Source of the DNA: Butyrivibrio sp.
Lineage (GTDB): Bacteria; Bacillota; Clostridia; Lachnospirales; Lachnospiraceae
Direction: 5' to 3'
Length of the DNA stretch: 64,000 nucleotides
Assembly: GCF_017433805.1 (NCBI RefSeq)
Contig: NZ_JAFRGN010000020.1
Location: 7,514-71,513 of the forward strand
The notes below the pieces were generated by a model. That model ran no database searches. It was not told the origin of the DNA and saw only the letters and a list, made by a program, of their open reading frames with translations. The translations under genes were made by a program, and so were the position numbers. Shown piece after piece: positions 38,607 to 48,057 of this stretch (position 1 is the first letter of the stretch; the number at the start of each line of letters is the position of its first letter).

Positions 38607-39992
38607 TTATACACTTTCTATAATGCTTCCTATGGTTATGTCAGGGGTTTCTATACCCGCAAACAGTATTTTCATCATGTAATAGTAGAAAAGCTCTATA
38701 TCTTTTTCCACAAGGTGCGCCGTCTGGTAATGGTAAGAAAAATTAAGGCCGCCCTCCGGAGTGTGGGTTACTGTCAGGTATACCTTCTTGGTGGCTGCGC
38801 CGTTTGCGTACCATTTGAAGTACAAAGGAATTCCGGAAAGGTCAAGGGTTTTATCTGTTATTTCCAGTGGCTGGTAGGTGAGGTAGCAGCTTTCGTAGGT
38901 TGTTCCATCCGGTGTGCCAAAGCGTCTTTTCATGGATGAATTTATCTTTTCCGGGTCGTAGTTACTGTGGATGTAGATATTATTCTGAGCGTTTTGTATC
39001 ATAAGTGCTGCATCCATAAAGCTTACTTTGCCTCCAATTATTGTTCTGCAGGGGAACATGATGGTGCGGCTTCCTCCGCTGGTCCATTCATCGTGGGTGG
39101 AGCGTCTTGCGATGAAGTTTTCAATTGTGATATCTTCCTGACCATCGTTAACCTTGGATAAATAGGTTCGCATGGATAGTAGCAGCAGATTGTTAAAAGA
39201 AATCCTGTTTTTGCTGCAAAAATCCATCAGGCGTCTTGTTGGTTCTGGTTCAAGTTTATAGTTTTTTACAGCTACATACAGGTTTTGAGTCTCGATATCA
39301 GCACTTCTAAGATTTGGATTGTTGTGAGCCAGCCTTGACTTTTCAAGGACTTTTTTACCCTGAATATCGGAATATAGAGGCTCGCCATATTTATCGAGCT
39401 GTCCTTCAAAGAAAGCCATGTCCCTGGTCAGGCGCTTTTCGTTTGTGGATTTAGTAAGGTCGGATATCAAAACGTCTTCGAATTTGGCAAGTGCCTCGGG
39501 GTAAGACTTTCCAAAGGCGTAGTGTGCATAAAGTGCCATGATATCTTTTACCATAACGGCGAGTCCGCAGGAATCAATGAGTCTGTGATCGATATGTACA
39601 AAAAAGCCATTGAAACCATCAGGAAGCTTTACCATCAGGAATTCATACATTGGAATATCATCTCCATCAAAGGTTTCATAAGCCATGGTCTGCAGGACAT
39701 TATCGGCTTCTTCAAAAGACATGGACGACAGACTTAGAATCTTGGTATTTCGTATTACTTTTCTTTTCAGGTATTGTCGTATCTGTCCGCTTTCATCAGG
39801 CTTGGTGAAGCGAAGATTTAGACATTCATATCTTTTGGTCTCTTCGTTGATACACCTTTTGAGAAGTGCAAAGTCAAGCTCCAGCTGAATTGCAGCGACA
39901 ATGCTGATTCCCGAAACCTGCTGGGTGTGATACTGCCGGATCCACTGATAATGCATGTTTTGGGCAGCAGTAAGGGGATATAATTTTTCCAT
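38607..39992 (-). CDS. Stand-alone condensation (C) domain protein
   Basis: YPLTAAQ, RYECLNLRF, active-site variant HIDHRLIDSCG (HHxxxDG-like), LLLSMRTYLS..GQEDI; 461 aa single domain. Confidence 0.85.
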   Translation of the reverse strand: MEKLYPLTAAQNMHYQWIRQYHTQQVSGISIVAAIQLELDFALLKRCINEETKRYECLNLRFTKPDESGQIRQYLKRKVIRNTKILSLSSMSFEEADNVLQTMAYETFDGDDIPMYEFLMVKLPDGFNGFFVHIDHRLIDSCGLAVMVKDIMALYAHYAFGKSYPEALAKFEDVLISDLTKSTNEKRLTRDMAFFEGQLDKYGEPLYSDIQGKKVLEKSRLAHNNPNLRSADIETQNLYVAVKNYKLEPEPTRRLMDFCSKNRISFNNLLLLSMRTYLSKVNDGQEDITIENFIARRSTHDEWTSGGSRTIMFPCRTIIGGKVSFMDAALMIQNAQNNIYIHSNYDPEKINSSMKRRFGTPDGTTYESCYLTYQPLEITDKTLDLSGIPLYFKWYANGAATKKVYLTVTHTPEGGLNFSYHYQTAHLVEKDIELFYYYMMKILFAGIETPDITIGSIIESV

Positions 39993-40025
39993 AACGTTCC
40001 TCCCTGTTAGTATTCTCTAACTGCA

Positions 40026-40040
40026 TGTGAAATTATCACA
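40026..40040. promoter_or_regulatory. Palindromic operator candidate overlapping an extended -10 of the C-ACP-A operon
   Basis: TGTGA-aatta-TCACA; on the minus strand it reads TGtGATAAT, 34 bp upstream of the C-domain start codon. Confidence 0.4.
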
Positions 40041-40238
40041 GAGAAAAGAAAGAGAAAATAGTGTTTTGGATTTAACATACACATTTACGTAAAGTGACCG
40101 AAACATATCGAACACTTGGGCCAATAATGTTTGATAACATGATTTAAAGGTCAGAAGTGCGGTTTAGATGCAGGTTTTGTAATAATAAGTTTTTTCTTGT
40201 GATACAATAGTGAAATCATATGAAGGAAGGGGAAAGCA

Positions 40239-41009
40239 ATGAACTATTTTATTGAAGGCCTTCAGGGAAGCGGAAAAAGCACACTGGTAGGGAAAATATC
40301 CGAGAAACATCCGGAATGCAAAGTGTATAGAGAAGGAGACTATTCTCCTGTTGAGCTTGCATGGTGTGCCTATGTCACCAGGCAGGAATATGCAGACTAT
40401 CTTGATAAATATGAGAATCTAAGAAGCGAGCTTGAGGAAAAGAGCCATGAAGAAGGGGATAAGGTGATTATCTGCTACACTCAGATAATTACTGATACTC
40501 CTGGCTTCCACAAAGATCTTGAGCAGCATGAAATATACAACGGTCGTGTCAGCAGACAGGAGTTCAAGGAGATTATCTTAAGACGACTTTCTAATTGGAA
40601 TGGAGATAATAGCATATTCGAGTGTTCAATTTTCCAGAATATTGTAGAGGATATGATCCTATTCCAGAATGCATCTGATGAGGAGATTGTTGATTTCTAC
40701 AAGGAAATCAGTAAAGCATTAGGGGATAAAGAATTCAAGATTTACTATCTTAAATCTGAGGATATCGAAGGCAACATCGGTGTTATCAGAAAAGAGAGAT
40801 CTGATGATAAGGGAAATGAAATGTGGTTTCCGCTTATGATCGGATACTTTAACGAGTCTCCTTATGCAGTTAAAAATGGGCTCTCTGGGGAGAATGCTCT
40901 TTTTGCACACTTTAGGCACAGACAGGAGCTGGAGCTGAGGATTTTACAGGAAGTGTTCGCTGGAAAGTATGTGGTACTGAAGTCTAAGGGTTATGAGGAT
41001 GTGGACTGA
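40239..41009 (+). CDS. P-loop nucleoside/nucleotide kinase-like protein
   Basis: N-terminal FIEGLQGSGKST (dNK/TMPK-type Walker A); substrate unknown. Confidence 0.65.
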   Translation: MNYFIEGLQGSGKSTLVGKISEKHPECKVYREGDYSPVELAWCAYVTRQEYADYLDKYENLRSELEEKSHEEGDKVIICYTQIITDTPGFHKDLEQHEIYNGRVSRQEFKEIILRRLSNWNGDNSIFECSIFQNIVEDMILFQNASDEEIVDFYKEISKALGDKEFKIYYLKSEDIEGNIGVIRKERSDDKGNEMWFPLMIGYFNESPYAVKNGLSGENALFAHFRHRQELELRILQEVFAGKYVVLKSKGYEDVD

Positions 41010-41032
41010 TATTTGAATGGGAGGAGCAGGGG

Positions 41033-41830
41033 ATGAAAGAAGCTCTTAAGCAAATCATTGATAATTTCCATAAATATAATTCTGAGCACATGGCACAGCA
41101 GGCCTTTGGACTTAGAGATGACATCGAATACGATGCTCTTGTGGTTGCGCCGAGTTTTTCTCCATATAAGCTTCATTTAGAGGATAAGTACAAGGTTACA
41201 ACAATGAAGGAAGGCGCCTATATTGCAGGATATCTGGTTGAGGTGGATGACCACAAGATCGCCTGGATCAAGATCGGCTCATCAGCTGGAAATCTGATAG
41301 ATCATCTTGCAATTTGTGCTGAACTTACCTTCCAAAAAGTGATCTTCATTGGGGCAGTAGGAGCCCTCAAGGAAGGCTTTGAACTTGGCGATATCTGCAC
41401 ACCATCTTATTCAGTTTCCGGCAGCAGTGCTGATGCGTACCTTATGAAGAATTCTATCAGGGATGATATGCGCTTTGAGAAGGTTTATCCTGATATGGAT
41501 TTTGTTGATAAGGTGGTTTCTTTTGCAGATGAGAGAGGGTATGAGCTTAGGAAAGCAAGCGTGTTCTGCACGCCATCTATTGCGCTTGAGTATTCCCACA
41601 TCGACGAAATCAGATCTTTTGACACAGACCTTATCGAGATGGAGACCAGCTCTTTTTACCTGATGACAGATCTATTGGAAATCCCAGGCATTGCACTCCT
41701 CGTTGTATCTGATAATTCCGCGACCAGTGCGGCACTGGTGGGAAGAACTGAAGAGCAGCAGGCTAAATACGATAAGGGAAGAAACGAAGTGCTGCCAGAA
41801 CTGACGGTGGCGTTGGCAATCAGTGAGTGA
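41033..41830 (+). CDS. Nucleoside phosphorylase (PNP/UDP family)
   Basis: IFIGAVGAL, GDI, LIEMETSS, LLVVSDN. Confidence 0.78.
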   Translation: MKEALKQIIDNFHKYNSEHMAQQAFGLRDDIEYDALVVAPSFSPYKLHLEDKYKVTTMKEGAYIAGYLVEVDDHKIAWIKIGSSAGNLIDHLAICAELTFQKVIFIGAVGALKEGFELGDICTPSYSVSGSSADAYLMKNSIRDDMRFEKVYPDMDFVDKVVSFADERGYELRKASVFCTPSIALEYSHIDEIRSFDTDLIEMETSSFYLMTDLLEIPGIALLVVSDNSATSAALVGRTEEQQAKYDKGRNEVLPELTVALAISE

Positions 41831-41886
41831 TGCGCAAGAGTAATAAGTAGAATTAGGGGATTTACACAGTGGAGGTTTGAAAAAAG

Positions 41887-42591
41887 ATGATCAGAGCGGT
41901 ACTTACAATAGATGATATTCCAACAATACACACGCCTGAGCTTGTTGATTATCTTAATGACAAGGGAATTCAGGTTGTGATGTTCGCAGTTGGACGCGAC
42001 ATAGAAAAATACCCTGAGCAAGTAATCTATGCTCTGCAGCATGGGATGATTGTTGGAAATCACAGCTATTCGCATATTAACTTTTCAGAAGTTTCTTTTG
42101 AAGAGGGAGTAAAAGAAATAGAGAAGTGCGAGGCGCTTCTTGATGATATTTATAAGAGAGCTGGAGTTGAGAGGAAATTCAGACCCTTCCGTTTTCCTTA
42201 TGGCAACAAGGGCGGAGAGAACAAGGAAAAGCTCCATCAGTATCTGATTGATAAGGGCTTTACCAAGGTTGATGACAGGGAAATTAAGTATCCATGGTGG
42301 AAAGAGACAGGTCTGGACAAGGATATTGATACGCTTTGGACTTTCGACTTTGCGGAGTATCAGATTCGCCCTGATAGCGGTTTTACTCTTGATGATGTCT
42401 TTAAGAGAGTTCACGATGAAAAGCCTGCTTCAGGTGGAGCTTTGCTGGAGGATGGCAGCCACCATATTATCCTGTTGCACGATCATGACGAGACAAGAGA
42501 GATGGTTCCTGATTACTACAAGCTGATGCTTCAGCACGTAATTGATAATGGAGTAACCTTTGTGAAGCCAGGATTTATTGTGGAGGTGTGA
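41887..42591 (+). CDS. Polysaccharide deacetylase (CE4/NodB)
   Basis: LTIDD, GNHSYSH, FRFPYG, ILLHD. Confidence 0.85.
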   Translation: MIRAVLTIDDIPTIHTPELVDYLNDKGIQVVMFAVGRDIEKYPEQVIYALQHGMIVGNHSYSHINFSEVSFEEGVKEIEKCEALLDDIYKRAGVERKFRPFRFPYGNKGGENKEKLHQYLIDKGFTKVDDREIKYPWWKETGLDKDIDTLWTFDFAEYQIRPDSGFTLDDVFKRVHDEKPASGGALLEDGSHHIILLHDHDETREMVPDYYKLMLQHVIDNGVTFVKPGFIVEV

Positions 42592-42593
42592 AC

Positions 42594-43253
42594 ATGACTA
42601 AGTACGACTATGTGCTCTTTGATCTGGATGGAACCCTGACAGATTCAGGTCCGGGTATTATGAGTTCTTTTGCCTATGCTGTAGAGAAAATGGGTGATCC
42701 TGTAGAGGATAAGCAGCAGTTCAGAAGATTTGTAGGCCCGCCACTTAGAGACTCATTCGAGAAATCTCTTGGATATTCAGCTGAGGATGCTGACAAGGCA
42801 GTTACATTCTACAGAGAATACTATTTTGGCATGGGCGGAGCTCTTGAGAATACTGTATATCCAGGAATAGAAGAATTGCTGGCTGGTCTCAAGGCGGAAG
42901 GTAAGAAACTTATTGTTGCCACATCTAAGGCTGAAAAGGGTACCAAGCTGGTACTTGAGCACTTTGGACTTGATAAATACTTTGATTTTGTGGCAACCTC
43001 CAACGACGCCGACAGGAAATACAAGATTGATGTTATCAGATATGCCTTAGAGCAGTGTGGTATCAAGGACTTGGATAAGGCAGTCATGGTTGGCGATAGA
43101 GAAAATGATATTTCTGCGGCAGCAGAGGCCGGAATGGACTCAATCGGTGTTCTCTACGGATATGGGGATGAAGAGGAGCTCACCACTGCAGGGGCTACAT
43201 TCATTGCAGCTACTGCTGAGGAAGTTGGAGAAATTATTGGTAAGAATAAGTGA
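42594..43253 (+). CDS. HAD-family hydrolase (5'-nucleotidase/phosphatase-like)
   Basis: FDLDGTLTDS, FVGPPL, ATSK, MVGDREND. ATG 42594 behind GGAGG. Confidence 0.88.
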   Translation: MTKYDYVLFDLDGTLTDSGPGIMSSFAYAVEKMGDPVEDKQQFRRFVGPPLRDSFEKSLGYSAEDADKAVTFYREYYFGMGGALENTVYPGIEELLAGLKAEGKKLIVATSKAEKGTKLVLEHFGLDKYFDFVATSNDADRKYKIDVIRYALEQCGIKDLDKAVMVGDRENDISAAAEAGMDSIGVLYGYGDEEELTTAGATFIAATAEEVGEIIGKNK

Positions 43254-43329
43254 TGACTGAAAAATGAGTGGGGAAAGAAATACATAGAAGTAGATATAAA
43301 GAGCCAGAAATAGATAGCTTGAGGAGATA

Positions 43330-43923
43330 ATGAAAATGGAAAAAAGTAATGTTGAGATAGTGTCACTTCCCAAGGAGAAGTGGGAGGGAGTAACAATTCC
43401 CCTTGTTACCAGGAGTGATAGCTACTACGATGTGCAGATAGATCCGCTTGATGAAAAGGGATGCACAGTCAAACTTGTTAAGAAGAAGGCCGAGAAAGAG
43501 ATTCTCCATACACCTGAGGAGTATGACTTCCCGGATTCTTTGTATCAGCCCCATTGGGTAGATGCGCAGGCTTTCGGAGTTGTAAGTGAATCAGGTGAGC
43601 TTCTTGCATGCATCGAGGTTTGTCCTGAAGATTGGTCTAACCGTATGCTGGTAACAGAGCTTTGGGTTTCAGATGAGCTCAGAGGACAGGGTGTAGGTAA
43701 ACGCCTTATGGACAAGGCTAAGGAAGTTGCTAGATCTCAGAACAGACGAGCAATCATTCTGGAGACTCAGTCCTGCAACACAAATGCAATTGGATTCTAC
43801 CTTCATCAGGGCTTTGAACTGATCGGCTTTGATACCTGTTGCTACACCAATGCAGACATTTACAGACATGAAGTCAGGATCAATCTTGGATTCTTTTTCC
43901 ATAGAGAAGCTATAAGGCACTGA
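43330..43923 (+). CDS. GNAT acetyltransferase (streptothricin-acetyltransferase-like)
   Basis: LWVSDELRGQGVGKRL acetyl-CoA motif, LETQSCNTNAIGFYLHQGF. Confidence 0.85.
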   Translation: MKMEKSNVEIVSLPKEKWEGVTIPLVTRSDSYYDVQIDPLDEKGCTVKLVKKKAEKEILHTPEEYDFPDSLYQPHWVDAQAFGVVSESGELLACIEVCPEDWSNRMLVTELWVSDELRGQGVGKRLMDKAKEVARSQNRRAIILETQSCNTNAIGFYLHQGFELIGFDTCCYTNADIYRHEVRINLGFFFHREAIRH

Positions 43924-44246
43924 ATTGTATTTGCCTTGGATTGTTTTGCTTTTTGGCGAATATCGAAAAGACAGATATGAACATTCAAGATACCGAGTAA
44001 AATTACGTCTATATTTTAAAAAATGCTAATCTGACGGTAGCCCTATTTTTTTCTTACGGCTAGAAAAAGGAAAATGAAAAAATGATAGTAGCAAAAGAGA
44101 AAAAGATAGTTCGATTTCAAAGGATGATTACTGCTGCTAGAGGGAAATAATGGTTTTAGGGGTAAGCTTACGTACAAAATTAAAAAATCTATCTGGAAGA
44201 CGTAATGAAATAGAGAGTTGACTACTAACAAAATAAGAAAAAACAA

Positions 44247-44285
44247 AATCCAGCGGTAATGAAAAAATATCGTTACCGCTGGATT
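44247..44285. terminator. Bidirectional intrinsic terminator
   Basis: Perfect 13-bp stem aatccagcggtaa/ttaccgctggatt flanked by A-rich (5') and T-rich (3') tracts; lies between convergent GNAT and aminotransferase genes. Confidence 0.8.
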
Positions 44286-44373
44286 ATTCTTTTGTTCAAA
44301 AAAGACGTAAAAACTACTTGCAATACCGATAAATGCAATCGTAATAACGATAACATCGCCCGGCATCAATTTG

Positions 44374-44438
44374 CAGATAAACCAATAACAGATAAACCAA
44401 TAACAGATAAGCCAATAACAGATAAACCAATAACAGAT
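44374..44438. repeat. 15-bp tandem repeat (VNTR), 4.3 copies
   Basis: cagataaaccaataa x4 (third copy has one a>g change) plus cagat. Confidence 0.95.
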
Positions 44439-44445
44439 TACCTAA

Positions 44446-45738
44446 TCACTCACCCAATCCCTCGAGAATCTTCTGGGCAGCAGTGATTCTTACACAAACT
44501 GTGAAGATATCCATTGCTGTGCGGAGGTCTGCAAGAGAAGGATATGTAGGAGCAATACGGATATTGCTGTCGTGTGGATCCTTCTTGTAAGGATATGTAG
44601 CACCAGCGTTAGTCATTGTAACTCCGGCCTTCTTGGCTCTGTCTACGATAGTCTTAGCACAGCCCTCTGGAGCGTCAAAGCTGATGAAGTATCCACCGTT
44701 TGGCTTGGTCCAGTCGCCGATTCCGCAAGGAGTAAGGTCTCTGTCGAGAATCTCAAGAACTGCCTCGAACTTAGGCCTGATAATGTCAGCATGCTTTCTC
44801 ATGTGAGCCTTCATACCATCGATATCACCAAAGAATCTAACGTGACGGAGCTGGTTAACCTTGTCGTGACCGATTGTCTGGTTAGTGAGCTGAGCCTTGA
44901 TATCATCAAGGTTATTAAGTGAAGTAGCAAGAGCTGCGATACCACTTCCAGGGAATGTAATCTTGGAAGTAGAAGCAAACTTATAAACAAGATCTGGATT
45001 ACCAGCCTTCTTACACTCCTCAAGGATCTCGATAAGATAATCCTGATTGTTGTCGTAGAGGTGGTGAATACCATATGCGTTATCCCAGAAGATACGGAAA
45101 TCCTTGGCTGCAGGCTTAAGTCTTGCAAAACGTCTGACTGTATCATCTGAGTAGGAGTAGCCCTGAGGATTGGAATACTTAGGAACGCACCAGATACCCT
45201 TGATGGACTCATCAGAAGAAACAAGCTCTTCAACTTTGTCCATGTCAGGACCTGTTGGAGTCATATCAACGTTGATCATCTCGATTCCAAAGTATTCAGT
45301 AATAGCGAAGTGTCTGTCATAGCCTGGAACAGGGCAGATGAACTTAACCTTGTCCAGCTTGCACCATGGAGTGTTGCCCATGATACCGTGAGTATATGCT
45401 CTTGATACTGTATCGTACATGACATTAAGTGAGGAGTTACCATAGATGATAATGTTCTCTGGCTTGTTCTCCATCATGGCGCCGATGAGAACCTTGGCTT
45501 CATCAATACCTGTAAGAACGCCATAGTTACGGCAATCTGTTCCATCTTCACAGGAAAGGTCAGCCTCAGAATTAAGGGCATCCATAAGTCCCATAGAAAG
45601 ATCAAGCTGTTCTCTGCATGGCTTACCTCTAGCCATGTTGAGATTAAGATCCATCTCCTGGTATTTCTTGTACTGAGCCTTGAGCGCTACGATCTCTTCT
45701 TCAAGCTCCTGGCGGCTCATTTCTGCATATTTCTTCAT
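44446..45738 (-). CDS. PLP-dependent class I/II aminotransferase (aspartate aminotransferase-like)
   Basis: LNMARGKP, NYG, WDNAY, FASTSKITF (PLP lysine), NIRIAP. ATG 45738 behind AGGAG. Confidence 0.88.
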   Translation of the reverse strand: MKKYAEMSRQELEEEIVALKAQYKKYQEMDLNLNMARGKPCREQLDLSMGLMDALNSEADLSCEDGTDCRNYGVLTGIDEAKVLIGAMMENKPENIIIYGNSSLNVMYDTVSRAYTHGIMGNTPWCKLDKVKFICPVPGYDRHFAITEYFGIEMINVDMTPTGPDMDKVEELVSSDESIKGIWCVPKYSNPQGYSYSDDTVRRFARLKPAAKDFRIFWDNAYGIHHLYDNNQDYLIEILEECKKAGNPDLVYKFASTSKITFPGSGIAALATSLNNLDDIKAQLTNQTIGHDKVNQLRHVRFFGDIDGMKAHMRKHADIIRPKFEAVLEILDRDLTPCGIGDWTKPNGGYFISFDAPEGCAKTIVDRAKKAGVTMTNAGATYPYKKDPHDSNIRIAPTYPSLADLRTAMDIFTVCVRITAAQKILEGLGE

Positions 45739-46053
45739 AGTCCGTCTCCTCACTAAATCTGATATTTTATATGATTCTAGCCTATAAAAATTATGTCCAA
45801 AAAACACTATGACAATATTACAACGTAGCCCCAGGAAAATGCAACATAATTTATTACTTTAAAGGAGTAAATTTATGATTATAAGATTTCTATAAAATAT
45901 GAAAAGATATTGATTATTGTTTAACAAATTGTAGTAAGATATATTTGTATAGATATGTGCGATATAACGACAAGGTGGCCAAATATAACAATTGCGACAA
46001 ATACAATAAATTCGATATACTAGCTACCAATAATCAACCAAGAGGCCGGTATT

Positions 46054-47949
46054 ATGTGGAATTACTCATATGTTTTTCCAAGTTTATTAATACTATTCAT
46101 ATTAGTCAGCTATTATTTTATGCTGCCACGAATTCCAATCAGAATGAACCGTACCTTCATTCATCTGATTGGTATCGAGTGTGTAGTTATGATAATGGAC
46201 ATCATATCCTCCTGGGCAGATATGAATTATCAGCTCTTCCCAAGATGGGCTCTCTATGCCCTTAACAATCTGTATTTCATTGCATTCTTTGCAAGAGCTT
46301 TATTCTTCTGTGTATTTACCATAAGCGTCTTAAGACTGGAATTTCTCAATAACCACTTTAAATATTTACTTGTTATGGTTCCGTTTGTATTAGAATCTGT
46401 ACTTGTATTGATCACGCCATTTACCAGGAATTTCTACTATATGGATGACACCGGCTATCACAGTGCGCCTTTATACAACACACTTTATCTTTTGTTCTGG
46501 CTGTATCTTGGCATCAGTTTTTTTGCAATTCTAACTCATAAGGAAAGACCTAGGAGTAAAAGAGAGTTTAATACTGCGCTCTGGATCAACACAATTCTTC
46601 TTATAGGAACTATCTGCAGACTGGCTTTTCCACAGTATCTTCTCATGGATACCTTCTGTCTCATTGCGCTTCTTGTAAGCTATCTGTCCTACATGAATCC
46701 TGACTTTTACCTTGAGGGTAGAACCTGGATTTTTAATACCAGAGCCATAAGAGAGTACCTGGATGAGATAAATGGGCAAAAGAAATACCGGATATTTGCT
46801 TTTGCTATCCATGATTACAGAGATGTGAGAGAGCTGTATGGAATAAGACAGATGGATCGCGGTGTTAACCTGATTTGCGATTATCTTAAAAAGACCTTCC
46901 CTAACAAGATTGTTTTCTATTATAGAAGCGGACGCTTTGGAATTGTCTGTGATGACAAAGATAATATAGATAAAATACATGAAACCTTGCAGGAAAAATT
47001 CAGCGAACCATGGGTTTCAGATGATGTAGAGCTTTATGTTGAGATAGGCTGCGCACTCTTAAATCCCGGTGATAGGAAGCTTGATTATAACACCATGACA
47101 CAGGTTCTCATGACTGCTTTTAACGAGGCTGATCTGGCTGAAAAGCATGAAATCAGAGTAATAGACGAGGCGGGTCTTCAAAAGGCAGAAAAAGAGCTTG
47201 AGATCAAAAGAGCTATCGAATATGCTGTTGATCATGATGCGGTAGAGATTTTCCTGCAACCTATTATGGATGCTGCTACAGGTAAGCTTGCGGGTGCAGA
47301 AGCGCTTGCAAGAATCAGAGATGCAGAAGGCAACGTTATTCCTCCAGGCCTCTTTATTCCAATAGCAGAACACAACGGACGAATATCAGAGCTTGGAACC
47401 CAGGTGTTTATTAAGACCTGTAAGTTTATCAAGGAAAATAATATCAAAGAGCTGGGACTTAATTGGATAAATGTTAACCTTTCACCGATTCAGTTCATGA
47501 AGGCTAATCTTGGTAATAACCTTATGCACTACATCAAGAAATACGACATTGACCCCAGATTCATTCATCTGGAGATCACTGAGGAAGCCATGGTCGACGA
47601 TCAGCTCCTTGTTTATCAGACCAATATGATAAAAGAGATGGGCTTCCACTTTGTGCTTGATGACTACGGCAAAGGTTATTCCAACCTGACAAGATTAAAA
47701 AGATGTCCATTTATTAATATCAAACTTGATATGAGCATAGTTTGGGACTACTGCAGAAAGCCTGATGTTATGCTGCCTAACATGGTCAAAACCTTTGCAA
47801 GTATGGGCTTTGGCATAACAGCTGAAGGCATAGAAAGCGAATATATGGCCCAGACTATGGCTGCACTTGGATGCACATATTTACAGGGTTACTACTATTC
47901 AAAGCCTATTTCTGTTGATGAATTTATCAAAAAATATTCACAAGGATAA
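46054..47949 (+). CDS. Membrane EAL-domain c-di-GMP phosphodiesterase (degenerate GGDEF)
   Basis: About 7 TM helices; FLQPI, AEALARI, VNLSP, LEITE, LDDYGKGYS, IKLDMS, AEGIE, QGYYYSKP. Confidence 0.88.
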   Translation: MWNYSYVFPSLLILFILVSYYFMLPRIPIRMNRTFIHLIGIECVVMIMDIISSWADMNYQLFPRWALYALNNLYFIAFFARALFFCVFTISVLRLEFLNNHFKYLLVMVPFVLESVLVLITPFTRNFYYMDDTGYHSAPLYNTLYLLFWLYLGISFFAILTHKERPRSKREFNTALWINTILLIGTICRLAFPQYLLMDTFCLIALLVSYLSYMNPDFYLEGRTWIFNTRAIREYLDEINGQKKYRIFAFAIHDYRDVRELYGIRQMDRGVNLICDYLKKTFPNKIVFYYRSGRFGIVCDDKDNIDKIHETLQEKFSEPWVSDDVELYVEIGCALLNPGDRKLDYNTMTQVLMTAFNEADLAEKHEIRVIDEAGLQKAEKELEIKRAIEYAVDHDAVEIFLQPIMDAATGKLAGAEALARIRDAEGNVIPPGLFIPIAEHNGRISELGTQVFIKTCKFIKENNIKELGLNWINVNLSPIQFMKANLGNNLMHYIKKYDIDPRFIHLEITEEAMVDDQLLVYQTNMIKEMGFHFVLDDYGKGYSNLTRLKRCPFINIKLDMSIVWDYCRKPDVMLPNMVKTFASMGFGITAEGIESEYMAQTMAALGCTYLQGYYYSKPISVDEFIKKYSQG

Positions 47950-47975
47950 AGCTTTGTATTAATATTATAAGTAAC

Positions 47976-48005
47976 AAAAAGAGTAGTGGCGGCGCTACTC
48001 TTTTT
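47976..48005. terminator. Intrinsic terminator
   Basis: aaaaagagtagtg/cgctactcttttt. Confidence 0.75.
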
Positions 48006-48057
48006 AATTGTGATGAGCAAGACGTGCTATGGATGTGCATTTACGAGAGGTGACAGT

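Noticed and set aside
36829-39992. Classical NRPS/PKS antibiotic cluster
   Set aside because: The A domain is fatty-acyl (FadD) type, and there is no multimodular synthetase, thioesterase, ketosynthase or dedicated exporter.
44043-44369. Hydrophobic 108-aa minus-strand ORF as a type I toxin or membrane protein
   Set aside because: It is crossed by a strong terminator, lacks an RBS, and its F/I/L richness is expected from T-rich non-coding DNA.
44259-44486. ORF with (DKPIT)n repeats
   Set aside because: Translation artefact of the 15-bp VNTR; it starts inside a terminator loop and overlaps the aminotransferase antisense.
45861-45895. Hexapeptide uORF (MIIRFL) with a strong RBS upstream of the third EAL gene
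   Set aside because: About 160 bp from the downstream start with no attenuator structure seen; may be a deletion remnant or chance.
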